DNA of 64,000 nt from a virus: IMG/VR virus record IMGVR_UViG_3300037261_000044, positions 31,228 to 95,227 of that record. The stretch is one strand, 5' to 3'. Numbering within the stretch: the stretch's first letter is position 1; every line of letters begins with the position of its first letter. A program made the position numbers and the translations under genes. Shown piece after piece: positions 9,590-19,159 of this stretch. The notes under the pieces were generated by a model. It ran no database searches and was not told the origin of the DNA. It worked only from the letters and a program-made list of their open reading frames with translations.

Positions 9590-9684
9590 GTGTAAATTAC
9601 ACCTTCTGCTAATGGGGAGAGAGCATCCTTGCTCTCGGACATCCAGCCCCTCCCCATCATTCCAGTCTTGGGCGCTGGGGTTCC

Positions 9685-10599
9685 CTAATCCTCGTCCCGC
9701 GAGCGCGTCGCCAAGCGGCGTCCACGCGGCGGGTCATCCTCGTCCTTGGCGGCAGACCGCTTCGGAGTCGGCTCGTCGTCATCGCGGGCGCGCCGGGGCT
9801 TCGGCTCGTCGTCGTCGCGGTTGCGACGCGGCGCTTCCGGCTCCGGGTCTTCCGGGTCTTCGTCACGCGACCGGCGCGGCTTCGGCTCGTCGTCGTCCAC
9901 CGACTTGCGGCGGGACTTCTCCGCTTCGGGCTTCGGCTTGTCGTCGTCGCTCACCACGTTGTTCCACGCGGCCTTCATCTGCTTGTTCGTCGCTGGCTCG
10001 CAGATGCCGAAGATGTCCGGCGGCTCGTTGGCTTCGAGGATGTCCACGACGTTCGACTCGTTGCGCCGGGGCCGCACCGCGTACTCCGTGCCGTACTGGC
10101 CCGAGCCGGACTTCTCGATGGTAATGTTGATGCCGTGCACCGGGTCGGTCAGGTCGCCGTACTCCTTGTCACGCATCAGCTTGGCAATCTGCTTGTGCGC
10201 CTTGATGCCAATGCCCATGACCTGAATGCCCTTGCGCAGGCTCGCCTCGCTGCTGGGGTCGATGATGCGGTAGAGGAACTGCCTCTTCGCATACATGTCC
10301 GTCGCCTTGTCCACGTCGGCATCGTCGTCGGACTTCTTCAGTTCGAGTTGCTTGTCGCAGAGGAAGCACTGGGCGTCCTCGTTGAGCGCCTTCGGGCAGT
10401 TGAAGGTCTTCTCCGCGTCGCCGATGCGCCAGTGCTGACCGCGCTTGGCGAAGGGCTTCTTCTCACCCGGCGCGGGCGGGCAGAGCCGCACCTCGTTGTC
10501 GCCGTCCTTGAACTTGAAGAAATCCGCACCGCCCGCCAAGTCCTCTTCGTACTGGTCGAGCGTTTCGGCCATGTCCGTCTGGCCCCATCCCTTAACCAT
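9685..10599 (-). CDS. single-stranded DNA-binding protein (gp32-like) with charged repeat tail
   Basis: FFKFKDGDNEVRLCPP, CP...CFLC, DLTDPVHG, TEYAV; DDDEPKPRR tail repeats; next to recA. Confidence 0.8.
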   Translation of the reverse strand: MVKGWGQTDMAETLDQYEEDLAGGADFFKFKDGDNEVRLCPPAPGEKKPFAKRGQHWRIGDAEKTFNCPKALNEDAQCFLCDKQLELKKSDDDADVDKATDMYAKRQFLYRIIDPSSEASLRKGIQVMGIGIKAHKQIAKLMRDKEYGDLTDPVHGINITIEKSGSGQYGTEYAVRPRRNESNVVDILEANEPPDIFGICEPATNKQMKAAWNNVVSDDDKPKPEAEKSRRKSVDDDEPKPRRSRDEDPEDPEPEAPRRNRDDDEPKPRRARDDDEPTPKRSAAKDEDDPPRGRRLATRSRDED

Positions 10600-10630
10600 G
10601 TCTGTGTTCTCCTTCTGCGCTTTCGGCGCT

Positions 10631-11089
10631 CTAACCCTCTGCTCGTGCCGCGTCGGCCAGCTTGGTCAACATGAACTGCTTCATCTTGATGGCCTCGCGC
10701 GCGTTCTCCAACATCGAGGCATCTTCTTGCGCCTCGGCGTAGACCGTGAGGCGCTTCTTGTACTCCGGGTTCGCTCTGACCGTGGCCTTCGCGTTGTCCA
10801 CGGTCGGCTGCTTCTCTCCACGCCCTGCGGCGTCGCTGAAGAGTTCAGACCATGCCTCAGAGTACCAGATGTCCAATGCCTGTTTCAAGTGCTCGGCTCG
10901 GGCGACGGCGCAGGACGTGTACTGGGCGATGTCGAAGTATTGGTTCGCCACCTTCATCATCTGCTCAATGATGTTGTTCGGGTCGAGGATGAGCAGGTCG
11001 GCCCACGCCGCGAGGTCAACCGCGACCTTGTGGCCGTACACGTCCACGTCGATGACGACGCTGGGGAAGTCGCTCTTAACCTTCGGCAT
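10631..11089 (-). CDS. UvsY-like recombination mediator (putative)
   Basis: Helical ~150 aa protein with a KQPTVDNAKATV...AIKMKQFML pattern, next to SSB and RecA. Confidence 0.55.
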   Translation of the reverse strand: MPKVKSDFPSVVIDVDVYGHKVAVDLAAWADLLILDPNNIIEQMMKVANQYFDIAQYTSCAVARAEHLKQALDIWYSEAWSELFSDAAGRGEKQPTVDNAKATVRANPEYKKRLTVYAEAQEDASMLENAREAIKMKQFMLTKLADAARAEG

Positions 11090-11285
11090 TGGCCTTTTCC
11101 TCCGCGTCAATCGCGACCAGACATTCGTCCAGCCACTTTTCAAGTGCCGCCGCCTCACGCCGGTCGAGGCGCTGGGGGAAGTCGCCCTCCAATAGAACAC
11201 CGTCGCTGGGGTACGACACGTACCGGACGGTGAAACCGTTGGAAATTGCTTTCGCCTTGCAGAACGTCGAGAGTTTCTTAGTCAT
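11076..11285 (-). CDS. hypothetical protein
   Basis: GGAG RBS, operon packing. Confidence 0.55.
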   Translation of the reverse strand: MTKKLSTFCKAKAISNGFTVRYVSYPSDGVLLEGDFPQRLDRREAAALEKWLDECLVAIDAEEKANAEG

Positions 11286-11520
11286 GGTTGTACACACTCC
11301 TAACTTTCCCGAGCACGTAGAACGTGTTGCGCGTCTCCACGGTGTCACCTTCGTGCAACGGTACTTCCTCTGGTGGCGACAGGATGAGCGACGTGTTCAC
11401 GACTGTCTCATCACGGAACCTTGGGTGGTCGCTCACGCTACCGTACAGCGTGTTCCACCCGGTACGCTGCCAGTTCTCGATGTGGACGGTCGGCTTCGCC
11501 GGGGCTTCAGCGTCAGGCAT
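11278..11520 (-). CDS. hypothetical protein
   Basis: IENW...G.V.DHPRF...TS...ETRNT.YVLG; operon packing. Confidence 0.7.
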   Translation of the reverse strand: MPDAEAPAKPTVHIENWQRTGWNTLYGSVSDHPRFRDETVVNTSLILSPPEEVPLHEGDTVETRNTFYVLGKVRSVYNHD

Positions 11521-12244
11521 CTTTCTTCACCTCTTCCAGCGTAACCTTACCATCAGAGAGGACGAGCGTCACGATGCCCATCAACTGTACCCATGTTAGC
11601 TTGTCGCCGCCGTTGGTGTCAATGACGTACTGAGCGTCCCACGGCTTGCCGTCCATGTCGTCCAGCCAGTGCTCGCTGCTGTGGCTGAGCGTCACGCTGG
11701 CCTTCTCCACGTCGTACCCGAGCACTTCGGTCAGGTAGTCCATCTGACGGTCATGCTCAACGAGTAGGCGGATGTGGATGGCGTTCGGCCAGCGGTTCTT
11801 CACCGCCATCACTTCGCTGTCCCGGCGGATGCTGTCGAAGACGATACCGGACTCGATGCCAGCCTGCGCCAGCGTCTTGTACGCCTCGTCGGCGACGGCC
11901 ACGCACTGGTCGGCCCAGTACGACTTATCGCGGTTGCTGAAGAACTCGCCGTAGCCTTGCAGGAGCAGGCGGTACTCAGCTTTGGTCTTCTGGTCGAGCA
12001 TCTGCTGGTAGAACGGCTCCCAGCCATCGTCAGTTTCCCAGTCGTTGAACTGCGCTGCGATGTGACGCGCCAGCGATTCTTTCATCACGTCGGCAGGTGA
12101 GCCGGACACGAAGTGGAAGTCGGTCTTGAGCCGGTTGACAATCTGGGTCTTGCCCGCGCCGATGCCGCCGGACAGGATGAACACGTACTTCGGTTCCGGG
12201 ATAATGGGCTTCTTCTTCATGGGCGTCGGCTTCTTGGCGGTCAT
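11513..12244 (-). CDS. deoxynucleoside monophosphate kinase
   Basis: P-loop SGGIGAGKT, ADVMK, RLLLQGYG, YWAD, DSIR..SE, HSSE. Confidence 0.85.
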   Translation of the reverse strand: MTAKKPTPMKKKPIIPEPKYVFILSGGIGAGKTQIVNRLKTDFHFVSGSPADVMKESLARHIAAQFNDWETDDGWEPFYQQMLDQKTKAEYRLLLQGYGEFFSNRDKSYWADQCVAVADEAYKTLAQAGIESGIVFDSIRRDSEVMAVKNRWPNAIHIRLLVEHDRQMDYLTEVLGYDVEKASVTLSHSSEHWLDDMDGKPWDAQYVIDTNGGDKLTWVQLMGIVTLVLSDGKVTLEEVKKDA

Positions 12245-13311
12245 AGTCTTACCCTCTCCACAACCTGCATCTCGCAGCCTGTCTGCTTGTTGAACACCCT
12301 CGGCGGGTGCGCCTCTTTTAGGAACTGTACCATGCGCTCGCGCCCAAGGGAAGCCGGGTCTTCACCCTCCGGCAACTCCACGACCGTGATGCTGTTGAAC
12401 TGCACCCGGAGCCGCCAGTAGTCGTCCCAGATTTCCTGCTTGGCGTCAGCATCCCAGCACAGGACTAACTCACGCACGCCTGCGTTCAAGAGCGCGTTCA
12501 CCTGCGTGTCCGTGACTTTCTTCCCGAACGAGGCCACCGCGATGTCCTCCATGGCGAGACAGTCGAAGACGCCCTCGGTGATGACGGCGCGCTCATGGCC
12601 CCAGACCTTTTCAAGGTTGAACAGGTAGCTGTACTGCTCGTTCTTCGGCGGCGTCAGCACCTTCTTTGGCTCGGTGTCGGAGATGGAGCGGGCCACCCAG
12701 TTCACCAACTGCCCGAGGTAGTAGACCGGCACGATGATGCGCTTGCGGTAGAACCCGGTCGCCACGAACCCGACCTGATACTCGCGAATCTGTGCGCCGG
12801 TCATGCGGGTGAGCGCGTACTCCCAGTAGCGGCGGGCAGTCTCCCCGTGACTGTCCGCCAGTAGGTGGAATCCTTCGGGTAGTTCGATGACATCTGGTAG
12901 CTCGATTGCTGCATCTTCAGCCTCCTGTTCGACAACGGTGTACTCGTCGTCCTCATAGATGCTGCTGCGCTGCGCCATGATGCGGTCGATGGCTTCGTTG
13001 ATGGTGCAGCGCGCAACCTTCTGGATGAGTGCGATGGCCCAGCCGGACTCGTGGCAGTAGTGGCACTTGAAGACGCCGACGCCGACCTTCACGTAGAACG
13101 ACGTGCGATGGTGGTGACACCACGGGCACTCGCCGGAGACCTCACCATTCCGCTCACGCGCATCCAACCCGGCGTTCTCTAGGAACGACTGGAAGTCGAA
13201 CGTACGCAGCGCGCGCCGGAGTTGTCCGGGAGTGGGGCCACTATTTCTTGGCAAGAGGACGCCCTTTGGTATCGTGCCTACCGTACGGGTTGTTGTCGTA
13301 GGTCTTGCCAT
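12241..13311 (-). CDS. DNA primase (Zn finger + Toprim)
   Basis: CPWC...FKCHYC, RIIVP, ITEGVFD, CWDAD, EDPA; true start may be downstream. Confidence 0.92.
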   Translation of the reverse strand: MARPTTTTRTVGTIPKGVLLPRNSGPTPGQLRRALRTFDFQSFLENAGLDARERNGEVSGECPWCHHHRTSFYVKVGVGVFKCHYCHESGWAIALIQKVARCTINEAIDRIMAQRSSIYEDDEYTVVEQEAEDAAIELPDVIELPEGFHLLADSHGETARRYWEYALTRMTGAQIREYQVGFVATGFYRKRIIVPVYYLGQLVNWVARSISDTEPKKVLTPPKNEQYSYLFNLEKVWGHERAVITEGVFDCLAMEDIAVASFGKKVTDTQVNALLNAGVRELVLCWDADAKQEIWDDYWRLRVQFNSITVVELPEGEDPASLGRERMVQFLKEAHPPRVFNKQTGCEMQVVERVRL

Positions 13312-13552
13312 AGTGCTTGTGGTCGCCGCGCTTCATGCAGCGCACCGGCTTCTTGGGGGCAGGGGCCGCAGCAGGCGGGCACAGGGCCAAAGCCATATCG
13401 TGTGCAGCGCTGCACAACTCGGCGAAGAAGAGCGCGCGTAGAGCGGCAGGGAGGCGACCCTTGACGAGCACTTCGTTCATGTTCCAAACTTCGAGTTTGG
13501 TGGCGTCCGTCAGGTCTTTGTCGCTGGCATCAGGCTTCAGGAGCATCGTCAT
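13241..13552 (-). CDS. hypothetical protein
   Basis: AAGGA RBS; fills the gap between helicase and primase. Confidence 0.55.
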   Translation of the reverse strand: MTMLLKPDASDKDLTDATKLEVWNMNEVLVKGRLPAALRALFFAELCSAAHDMALALCPPAAAPAPKKPVRCMKRGDHKHYGKTYDNNPYGRHDTKGRPLAKK

Positions 13553-14981
13553 CTTTCCTTCGCGACTTCCAGTGGTTGGACGCCTCAACCTCGATGTCGG
13601 TCGTGTCGTCTTCCCAATCATCGCACACTAGCTTAGCCTGAGCATACCGCGTCTTGGCCTTCACCCACCAGTTGTCGCTGCCGCCGCGCCGCAGCTTGAG
13701 CAGGTGGAGAATGCGGATGCCGTTGTCCGTCTCATCCTCGGTGCCGTCCTCATCATTGCCAATCTCATGGCCCTCGTGTTCCTTCTGCTCCTTCGACATC
13801 GAAATGATTACGTCGGCAGTGAACGCTTTGCCCAGCGCATCGGCAATGTGATGCGTCAGCACGCGCTTGCCCTTGAGACCTTCGCGGTTGGCCTGCGCCG
13901 CCGTCCACAGGACGACGTTGTGTGTCTCAGCCAAGTCGCGCAGTTCCTCGAACACCGTCTGCAACTCTTCGTACTTCTTCGATTGGTGGCTGCTCCGGCG
14001 CGCGGCAGCCATCAGGTCACCGTAGTCTACGATGACGACGGTCGGCTTCCAGTCGGCGTCTTCGAGCCGGGAGAGGTACCCGGAAAGGTCTACAGCGGTG
14101 GTGTTCGACCCGACGAGCCGCATGATTTTCAGCTTGCCGCCGAAGGTCTTCATCTCTTCAAGGCGCTCGCGGTACGCTGGCGTCAGCACCTTGTAGGACT
14201 TCAGGATTTCGCTGTTGATAGAGAGCAGATTGTACATGTACCGGGCCAGCGTTTCCTCTTTCCCGTTCTCGAAGGAGAAGTGCACCACGTTGAAGCCCCG
14301 GCGGATGGCCTCTGACCCGATGTGCACGAGCATCTGGCTCTTGCCGTAGCCCAGTGGAGCCACGATGACGTTCAGTTCCTTGCGCCGCGCGCCGCCCTCA
14401 ATCTTCCGGTCGAGCGGGGCGATGCCGATGGGTACCGTTGACTGCTTCAGCGCCTCCGGGTCGAAGAACTCAAAGAAGCGGTCAGCGTCATCGGGGAGGT
14501 TCAGCCAGTCGTCGCTGTAGCGGCGAATCATCTGCGAGTCGCGCACCACCTGCACGGCTTGGTCGAGGTCGCCATCCTCGATGAGTTCCTGCGCCTCGTG
14601 CACAGCGTGCAACGTCGCGCGGTACGTGATGAAGTTCTCGAACGTGTCCTCGACGTACTTCCGGGTTACGTCATCGAGTTCGAAGTCGTCCAGCTTGTCG
14701 AGCACGCGGACGATGAGTTTCTTCTGCTCTGCGTCGGCCTGCTTGTCCGCTTCGAGCCGCATGCGCAGCGAGGGAATCTTCGGCGCGGTCTGGTACTTCT
14801 CGTAGTGGTCGATGGCCTGTGCGGTTATCCACTTCAGTTCCATCTCGCCCCACCACGCCGGGTTGAGCAGCGGGTAGTATTCGCGCAGGAACTTGCTGTT
14901 CACGCACAGCAAGCGGAACGCGGCGAGGATGAGCGTCGGCGACTTCTCGTACTCGTAAATGCTGTCGGCTTGAACTTTCAA
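13530..14981 (-). CDS. DnaB-like replicative helicase
   Basis: APLGYGKS, FSFE, VIVDYGD, WTAAQANR, TADVII, KLRRG. Confidence 0.92.
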   Translation of the reverse strand: MKVQADSIYEYEKSPTLILAAFRLLCVNSKFLREYYPLLNPAWWGEMELKWITAQAIDHYEKYQTAPKIPSLRMRLEADKQADAEQKKLIVRVLDKLDDFELDDVTRKYVEDTFENFITYRATLHAVHEAQELIEDGDLDQAVQVVRDSQMIRRYSDDWLNLPDDADRFFEFFDPEALKQSTVPIGIAPLDRKIEGGARRKELNVIVAPLGYGKSQMLVHIGSEAIRRGFNVVHFSFENGKEETLARYMYNLLSINSEILKSYKVLTPAYRERLEEMKTFGGKLKIMRLVGSNTTAVDLSGYLSRLEDADWKPTVVIVDYGDLMAAARRSSHQSKKYEELQTVFEELRDLAETHNVVLWTAAQANREGLKGKRVLTHHIADALGKAFTADVIISMSKEQKEHEGHEIGNDEDGTEDETDNGIRILHLLKLRRGGSDNWWVKAKTRYAQAKLVCDDWEDDTTDIEVEASNHWKSRRKDDDAPEA

Positions 14982-15754
14982 AGAGCGTCATCCTCAGCTA
15001 GGCGCGCCGCGCGCGCCGCCTCTGCATCTTTTCGTTCTTTGGTTTCTGCCCGGTAACGCGCGGCCTCTGCGTGGAACTCAGCCGTCTCTTCCGGGGTTGG
15101 TTCATGGCGACGCGCAGCAGCGTTGCGCGCTCCGACGATGCGGGCAGTTTCCCATCCCTTCTCGGTTACCATCGTCGCAAGAATCTTGTCCACGCTGTAG
15201 TAGAACGACACGAACCCGAGGTCGTCTGGTGCGGTCTCCGGCGGCGCAGTGAAGAACACGCGCGCCAGTTTCGTGGCCTCGTAGGGGTCGCCGTTGCACT
15301 TGGTCATCACCCGGCGTGCAAGGCTCACTTCTTTGGCGGTGCGCGGCCACTGGTGCTGGGTGTACTTGCGGTAGAGCAGGTCGTAGTTGTTCAGGAGATA
15401 GTTCAGGGCGTCTCCCGGCGGCATGGATTGCTTCACCTCACCGAGGTGCGGAGCCAGCGCGTCGAGGTCGAGGACGGTGATGTGCATGGAGGTGATGCGC
15501 CCCTTCTCGCTGAACTGTAATTGGCATTGTAGCATGCCCAGCTTTTGCATGTCGTTCAAGAAGACGGCGAGCACCATCGTGTCGTAGTTGTGACCGAAGA
15601 TGGCGCGTATCTCTTCAACGAGGTGACGGCTTTCCCCAAGGGGAAACGTCCGCAACCGGCGGTAGGCTTCGATGTGTGCCACACCTCGCATATCCCGAAA
15701 GTTCTCGTACTCAAGCGGCCCGAAGGCATTAGCAACGACGACGGTCTTCTGCAT
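14978..15754 (-). CDS. hypothetical replication-region protein (possible initiator/loader)
   Basis: 258 aa ORF between the iteron cluster and DnaB; GAGG RBS. Confidence 0.7.
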   Translation of the reverse strand: MQKTVVVANAFGPLEYENFRDMRGVAHIEAYRRLRTFPLGESRHLVEEIRAIFGHNYDTMVLAVFLNDMQKLGMLQCQLQFSEKGRITSMHITVLDLDALAPHLGEVKQSMPPGDALNYLLNNYDLLYRKYTQHQWPRTAKEVSLARRVMTKCNGDPYEATKLARVFFTAPPETAPDDLGFVSFYYSVDKILATMVTEKGWETARIVGARNAAARRHEPTPEETAEFHAEAARYRAETKERKDAEAARAARLAEDDAL

Positions 15755-15763
15755 TCCAAACCT

Positions 15764-15900
15764 CAGTCATTCCTCCCATTCCTCCCAATTCGGGCTATTC
15801 CTCCCATCTCTACTGTCTGTACTCTTCTTTATAAGTAGATGGGAGGAATGAGTTAAATTGGGAGGAATGACTGTTTTAGCTTCAATTTCATGGGAGGAAT
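15764..15900. repeat. iteron-like cluster, putative replication origin
   Basis: ATTCCTCCCA at 15769, 15778, 15797 and inverted copies at 15840, 15859, 15891 around an AT-rich core. Confidence 0.75.
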
Positions 15901-16211
15901 CATTCCCACTCCCCCTCGTCTATTTCCACCAATCCCGCCCTGTCGAGACCTTCGAGGGCACGCATAAACCCAGCCTTGGTCATCGTGCCAGTCCCGCCCC
16001 AGATGGAGCCGTGCACGGTGTCACCTATTCCCCGAGCCATGGCTGCCACTGTCGTCCGGCCACCGAATGAGGGAGCCGTGGCTATCCACCGGAGGTACCG
16101 ATAGACCTGCTGCTCGGGCACCGTGAGTTTGTCGCGCGTCTGCTTCCAGACCGCTGGCTCTACCAACCCTTCGATACCGGGCGTTGCGGCGAGTGTTACG
16201 GTCTCATCCAT
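15900..16211 (-). CDS. winged helix-turn-helix protein
   Basis: LTVPEQQVYRYL...TVAAMARG...RALEGLDRAGLVEI. Confidence 0.65.
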   Translation of the reverse strand: MDETVTLAATPGIEGLVEPAVWKQTRDKLTVPEQQVYRYLRWIATAPSFGGRTTVAAMARGIGDTVHGSIWGGTGTMTKAGFMRALEGLDRAGLVEIDEGEWE

Positions 16212-16471
16212 CAGGCGTCGCTGCCCACGACGGCGCGCTCGTAGCCGCACTGCGGACAGGTGTAGCGCGCGGTGGTCGGCCCCTTCTCGTAGAACACGAG
16301 CAGCGCGCCATCCTTCAGCGTGAGAATCTGCCGGATGTCGTAGGTGTTTTCTGCGTCCTCAGAAATCTCTGTGAACCACTCATTCAACTCCTTGGCGAAG
16401 TTTGTAGGTCGCTGGTTGTACCCCTTCGTGAATGGAACGAACTCTTTCACGGCGAATGGGGTGTAGGGCAT
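16211..16471 (-). CDS. hypothetical protein
   Basis: GGAGG RBS; CPQC. Confidence 0.65.
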   Translation of the reverse strand: MPYTPFAVKEFVPFTKGYNQRPTNFAKELNEWFTEISEDAENTYDIRQILTLKDGALLVFYEKGPTTARYTCPQCGYERAVVGSDA

Positions 16472-18066
16472 TATCGTACCTCCACTGTGTAGCCTGCCGG
16501 GTCGGACTGATACGCCGACAACCGCTTGTTCGAATGCATCCACATCGTCTTCGAGTGCGTGTCGAAATAATCGCGCACTTCCACGACGTACTTACCATCA
16601 GCTAGTCGCTGTCCGCGCCCGATGCGCTGGATGTAGCGGTGCTGCGCTTTCCCACCAGCCGCGAATACTAGGCTGATGTTGGCGGGAATGTCAACTCCTT
16701 CATCGAGCACCGTGCTCGCAATGAGCACCGGCAGTCGCCCCTCACCTAACGCGGTAAGGTGGACATCTCGCTCTTCGACATCGTGCTTACCGTGGATGAA
16801 CTTGATGCCTTGAGAAGAATCTTGTCGTGTGCAAAGTGCGGTGTATAGTTCGCGTCCGTGCTCAACCTTGTCAACGAACACCAACACAGGGAGGCCACGG
16901 GCGCGCAGTTCCTCAACATCGTCACAGACAGCATTGTTCCGCTCCTTGTGTTCCATGATGGCGACGCGGTACAACCCCGCTTCGGCAGCAGTTGTCTTTG
17001 TCGCCTTGCGCCCGGTGTAGTCGTAGTGGTCATCGTCAATGTCGAAGTCGCCGCGCTCCATCGACCAACTCGGTTTGATGTGCGGCTTGCGCCAGTTCGT
17101 CATGACGATGTTCGCGTGCACGGTGTAGCCCTCGTCAACGAGGTCGCCTGCGTTGAACTCATGGATGAGCGGGCCGGTGGTGCCGACGACATGGAACAGC
17201 GCGCTCGGGTCGTCGTTGGTGTCCCGGTCTTTGCCGCCCTTCGACTTGAACGGCGTCGCGCTGGTAACGTAGCGGTAGAACGCTGGTATTTTATCCACCG
17301 CACTCTGATACGTCGGCGCTACCAGATGGTGCCCCTCATCAACCACGAGCACGTCGAACCCGGACAACCAGTCCAGCATGTTGTCGCGTCGCTTCTTCGC
17401 CGCCGGGAGTCGCTTGAGCAGCGGGCCGCGTTTGTCAGGCTTGGCCTTCTCAATCGCTTTCATGAGTCGCGCCGGAGCGTCCAGTGAAGCGTTCACGGAC
17501 TGGAACGTAGCGCACACGATGTCGTACTTCGTCTGTCGCACCCCGGCCCCGAGTAGACCGACCTTCACCCCCAGTCGAGCCTCCCAGCGGTCACGGGTCT
17601 GACTGGCGATGTGCCGCTGGTCAACGAGCATGATGGTTGGTAAACCGAGGCGCTGCACAATCGCGGCGTCGGTCTCTGTCTTCCCGCCGCCCGTGCCGTG
17701 CTGGATGACGCCCCGGCCCAGCCGGATGGCGAGGTCAACCGCGTCCTCTTGGTAGGGCCGCAGCTTGATGCCTTTGAGGTTTATGGGGCGCAGTGTAGTG
17801 GGCGGACGGTCGCACAACTCATCGACATGGATGGTGTGGCCCTGACCCTCAAGGAGTTCGACCACGAACATCAGCAGGCCGGTGCGGAACTTGTGGGCGT
17901 CGGTGAAGTGGTGTTCGCACCCGTCCCACTTGCGGCTCTTGAAGAGCCACGTCCTCTCGGCACCCTTCATCCAGACCTTCAACTTCACGTCGAGGAACTT
18001 GTACACCTCGTCAGAGGATTCAACCGTAGTCCAGACGTTGCGTGTGGTGAGGTTGACAAGGGTCAT
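16471..18066 (-). CDS. superfamily 2 helicase (UvsW/DEAD-like)
   Basis: LRPYQ, TGGGKT, VVDEGH, SATP, DEGVDIP, QRIGRGQR. Confidence 0.95.
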   Translation of the reverse strand: MTLVNLTTRNVWTTVESSDEVYKFLDVKLKVWMKGAERTWLFKSRKWDGCEHHFTDAHKFRTGLLMFVVELLEGQGHTIHVDELCDRPPTTLRPINLKGIKLRPYQEDAVDLAIRLGRGVIQHGTGGGKTETDAAIVQRLGLPTIMLVDQRHIASQTRDRWEARLGVKVGLLGAGVRQTKYDIVCATFQSVNASLDAPARLMKAIEKAKPDKRGPLLKRLPAAKKRRDNMLDWLSGFDVLVVDEGHHLVAPTYQSAVDKIPAFYRYVTSATPFKSKGGKDRDTNDDPSALFHVVGTTGPLIHEFNAGDLVDEGYTVHANIVMTNWRKPHIKPSWSMERGDFDIDDDHYDYTGRKATKTTAAEAGLYRVAIMEHKERNNAVCDDVEELRARGLPVLVFVDKVEHGRELYTALCTRQDSSQGIKFIHGKHDVEERDVHLTALGEGRLPVLIASTVLDEGVDIPANISLVFAAGGKAQHRYIQRIGRGQRLADGKYVVEVRDYFDTHSKTMWMHSNKRLSAYQSDPAGYTVEVR

Positions 18067-18101
18067 ATATCCACCGTACCATCAAGCATGACCACACGCA
18101 A
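18038..18101. promoter_or_regulatory. overlapping divergent leaderless sigmaA-type promoters
   Basis: Plus: TTGACA(18053)-18-TACCAT-5-ATG 18088. Minus: TTGCGT(18101)-17-TACGGT-6-ATG 18066. Confidence 0.75.
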
Positions 18102-18321
18102 GTCACGCAGCGATTCCAACGAGCGTCAGGCCGTACGCATCCGTAGGCAACTGTACGCGGTGTTCAAGAGCGACGACCCCTTGCGCCGACGCGCGGTGGT
18201 TGATAAGCTAATCGCACTGGCGCGGCACGACGCGGTTGACTCAGCACTGAGTCGCGTCGCGCTGTACGACCACTGGATAGCTGAACAGGCCGGTTGGGAG
18301 GGCGACGATGGCGACGACTAG
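18088..18321 (+). CDS. hypothetical protein
   Basis: Leaderless ATG after the -10 box. Confidence 0.65.
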   Translation: MTTRKSRSDSNERQAVRIRRQLYAVFKSDDPLRRRAVVDKLIALARHDAVDSALSRVALYDHWIAEQAGWEGDDGDD

Positions 18322-18478
18322 GCGACGGCACTACCCGACTCCGCAGTACAAGAACTGTGGCGACTGCGGTATGGGCTTACCTTGCCCGCATGTCGCCCGC
18401 GACATTGAGTTTGAGAAGAAGAAGTACGGGAAGCGCGGGAATGCGCCGTCGCCGCGCGGCAAGAAGAAGGGGACATAG

Positions 18479-18703
18479 ATGAACGTGCAAGAACTCATGG
18501 AGGCAGTCGCCGACAAGCCGCGCGATGCGCTGGTCGTCATCAGCACCGAGGACGGTTTCGCCAGTCCGTTGCGCGCCGCGTTCGACGGCAAGTACAAGGG
18601 CGATGAAGTAGAGGGCGTCTTCTTCTACACGGAAGACATCGCCGACAACACGGACATCGCCGGGGCGGTGCTCTGCGTCATGCTGCAACCGAAGTTCCAC
18701 TGA
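18479..18703 (+). CDS. hypothetical protein
   Basis: MNVQELMEAV...STEDGF; RBS-like AAGGGG. Confidence 0.65.
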   Translation: MNVQELMEAVADKPRDALVVISTEDGFASPLRAAFDGKYKGDEVEGVFFYTEDIADNTDIAGAVLCVMLQPKFH

Positions 18704-18860
18704 TGCACACGAAGAATGGCGACAACTGCGGACGATGCCCCGGCCCTCTGCGGCCTGACGCGCGCCCAGACTATGGTGTGCGGACGGCAGAGTGCTTCCT
18801 GATGGGGGCCATCGCGGTAGTGCTCATTGCGTTTAACATCGCGGTGCTGGTGACACGCTG

Positions 18861-19061
18861 ATGCCTGACACGACGAAAGACATCACGAAGGCGGCGACGG
18901 CGTACTGTTGGGAGCACGGTCTTAACCTCATCCCGCACGAGAGTGGCCCGTCGCTGAGCCAAGTCATCGAAGACCACCGCGAGGCGTACGAGACCAAGCA
19001 CTCACAGTGTGACCTCACGTTGTACCGCAAGAGTGAGTGGTGGCTAACGGAGGACAAGTGA
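18861..19061 (+). CDS. hypothetical protein
   Basis: TGATG coupling. Confidence 0.55.
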   Translation: MPDTTKDITKAATAYCWEHGLNLIPHESGPSLSQVIEDHREAYETKHSQCDLTLYRKSEWWLTEDK

Positions 19062-19089
19062 TGCACCGAGGATGCGCCCACTGTGGCCT

Positions 19090-19157
19090 ATGTTCACGCG
19101 GCCCGCCATGTTCACCACCGGGTGAATAACTGTGGTTTAGTGAACATGGAGAACATG
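19090..19157. repeat. ATGTTCAC direct/inverted repeat cluster
   Basis: ATGTTCAC at 19090 and 19108; GTGAATA 19122; GTGAACAT 19140; GAGAACAT 19149. Confidence 0.6.
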
Positions 19158-19159
19158 AC

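Noticed and set aside
19090-19157. LexA SOS box
   Set aside because: GAAC/GTTC half-sites are not in GAAC-N4-GTTC order or spacing
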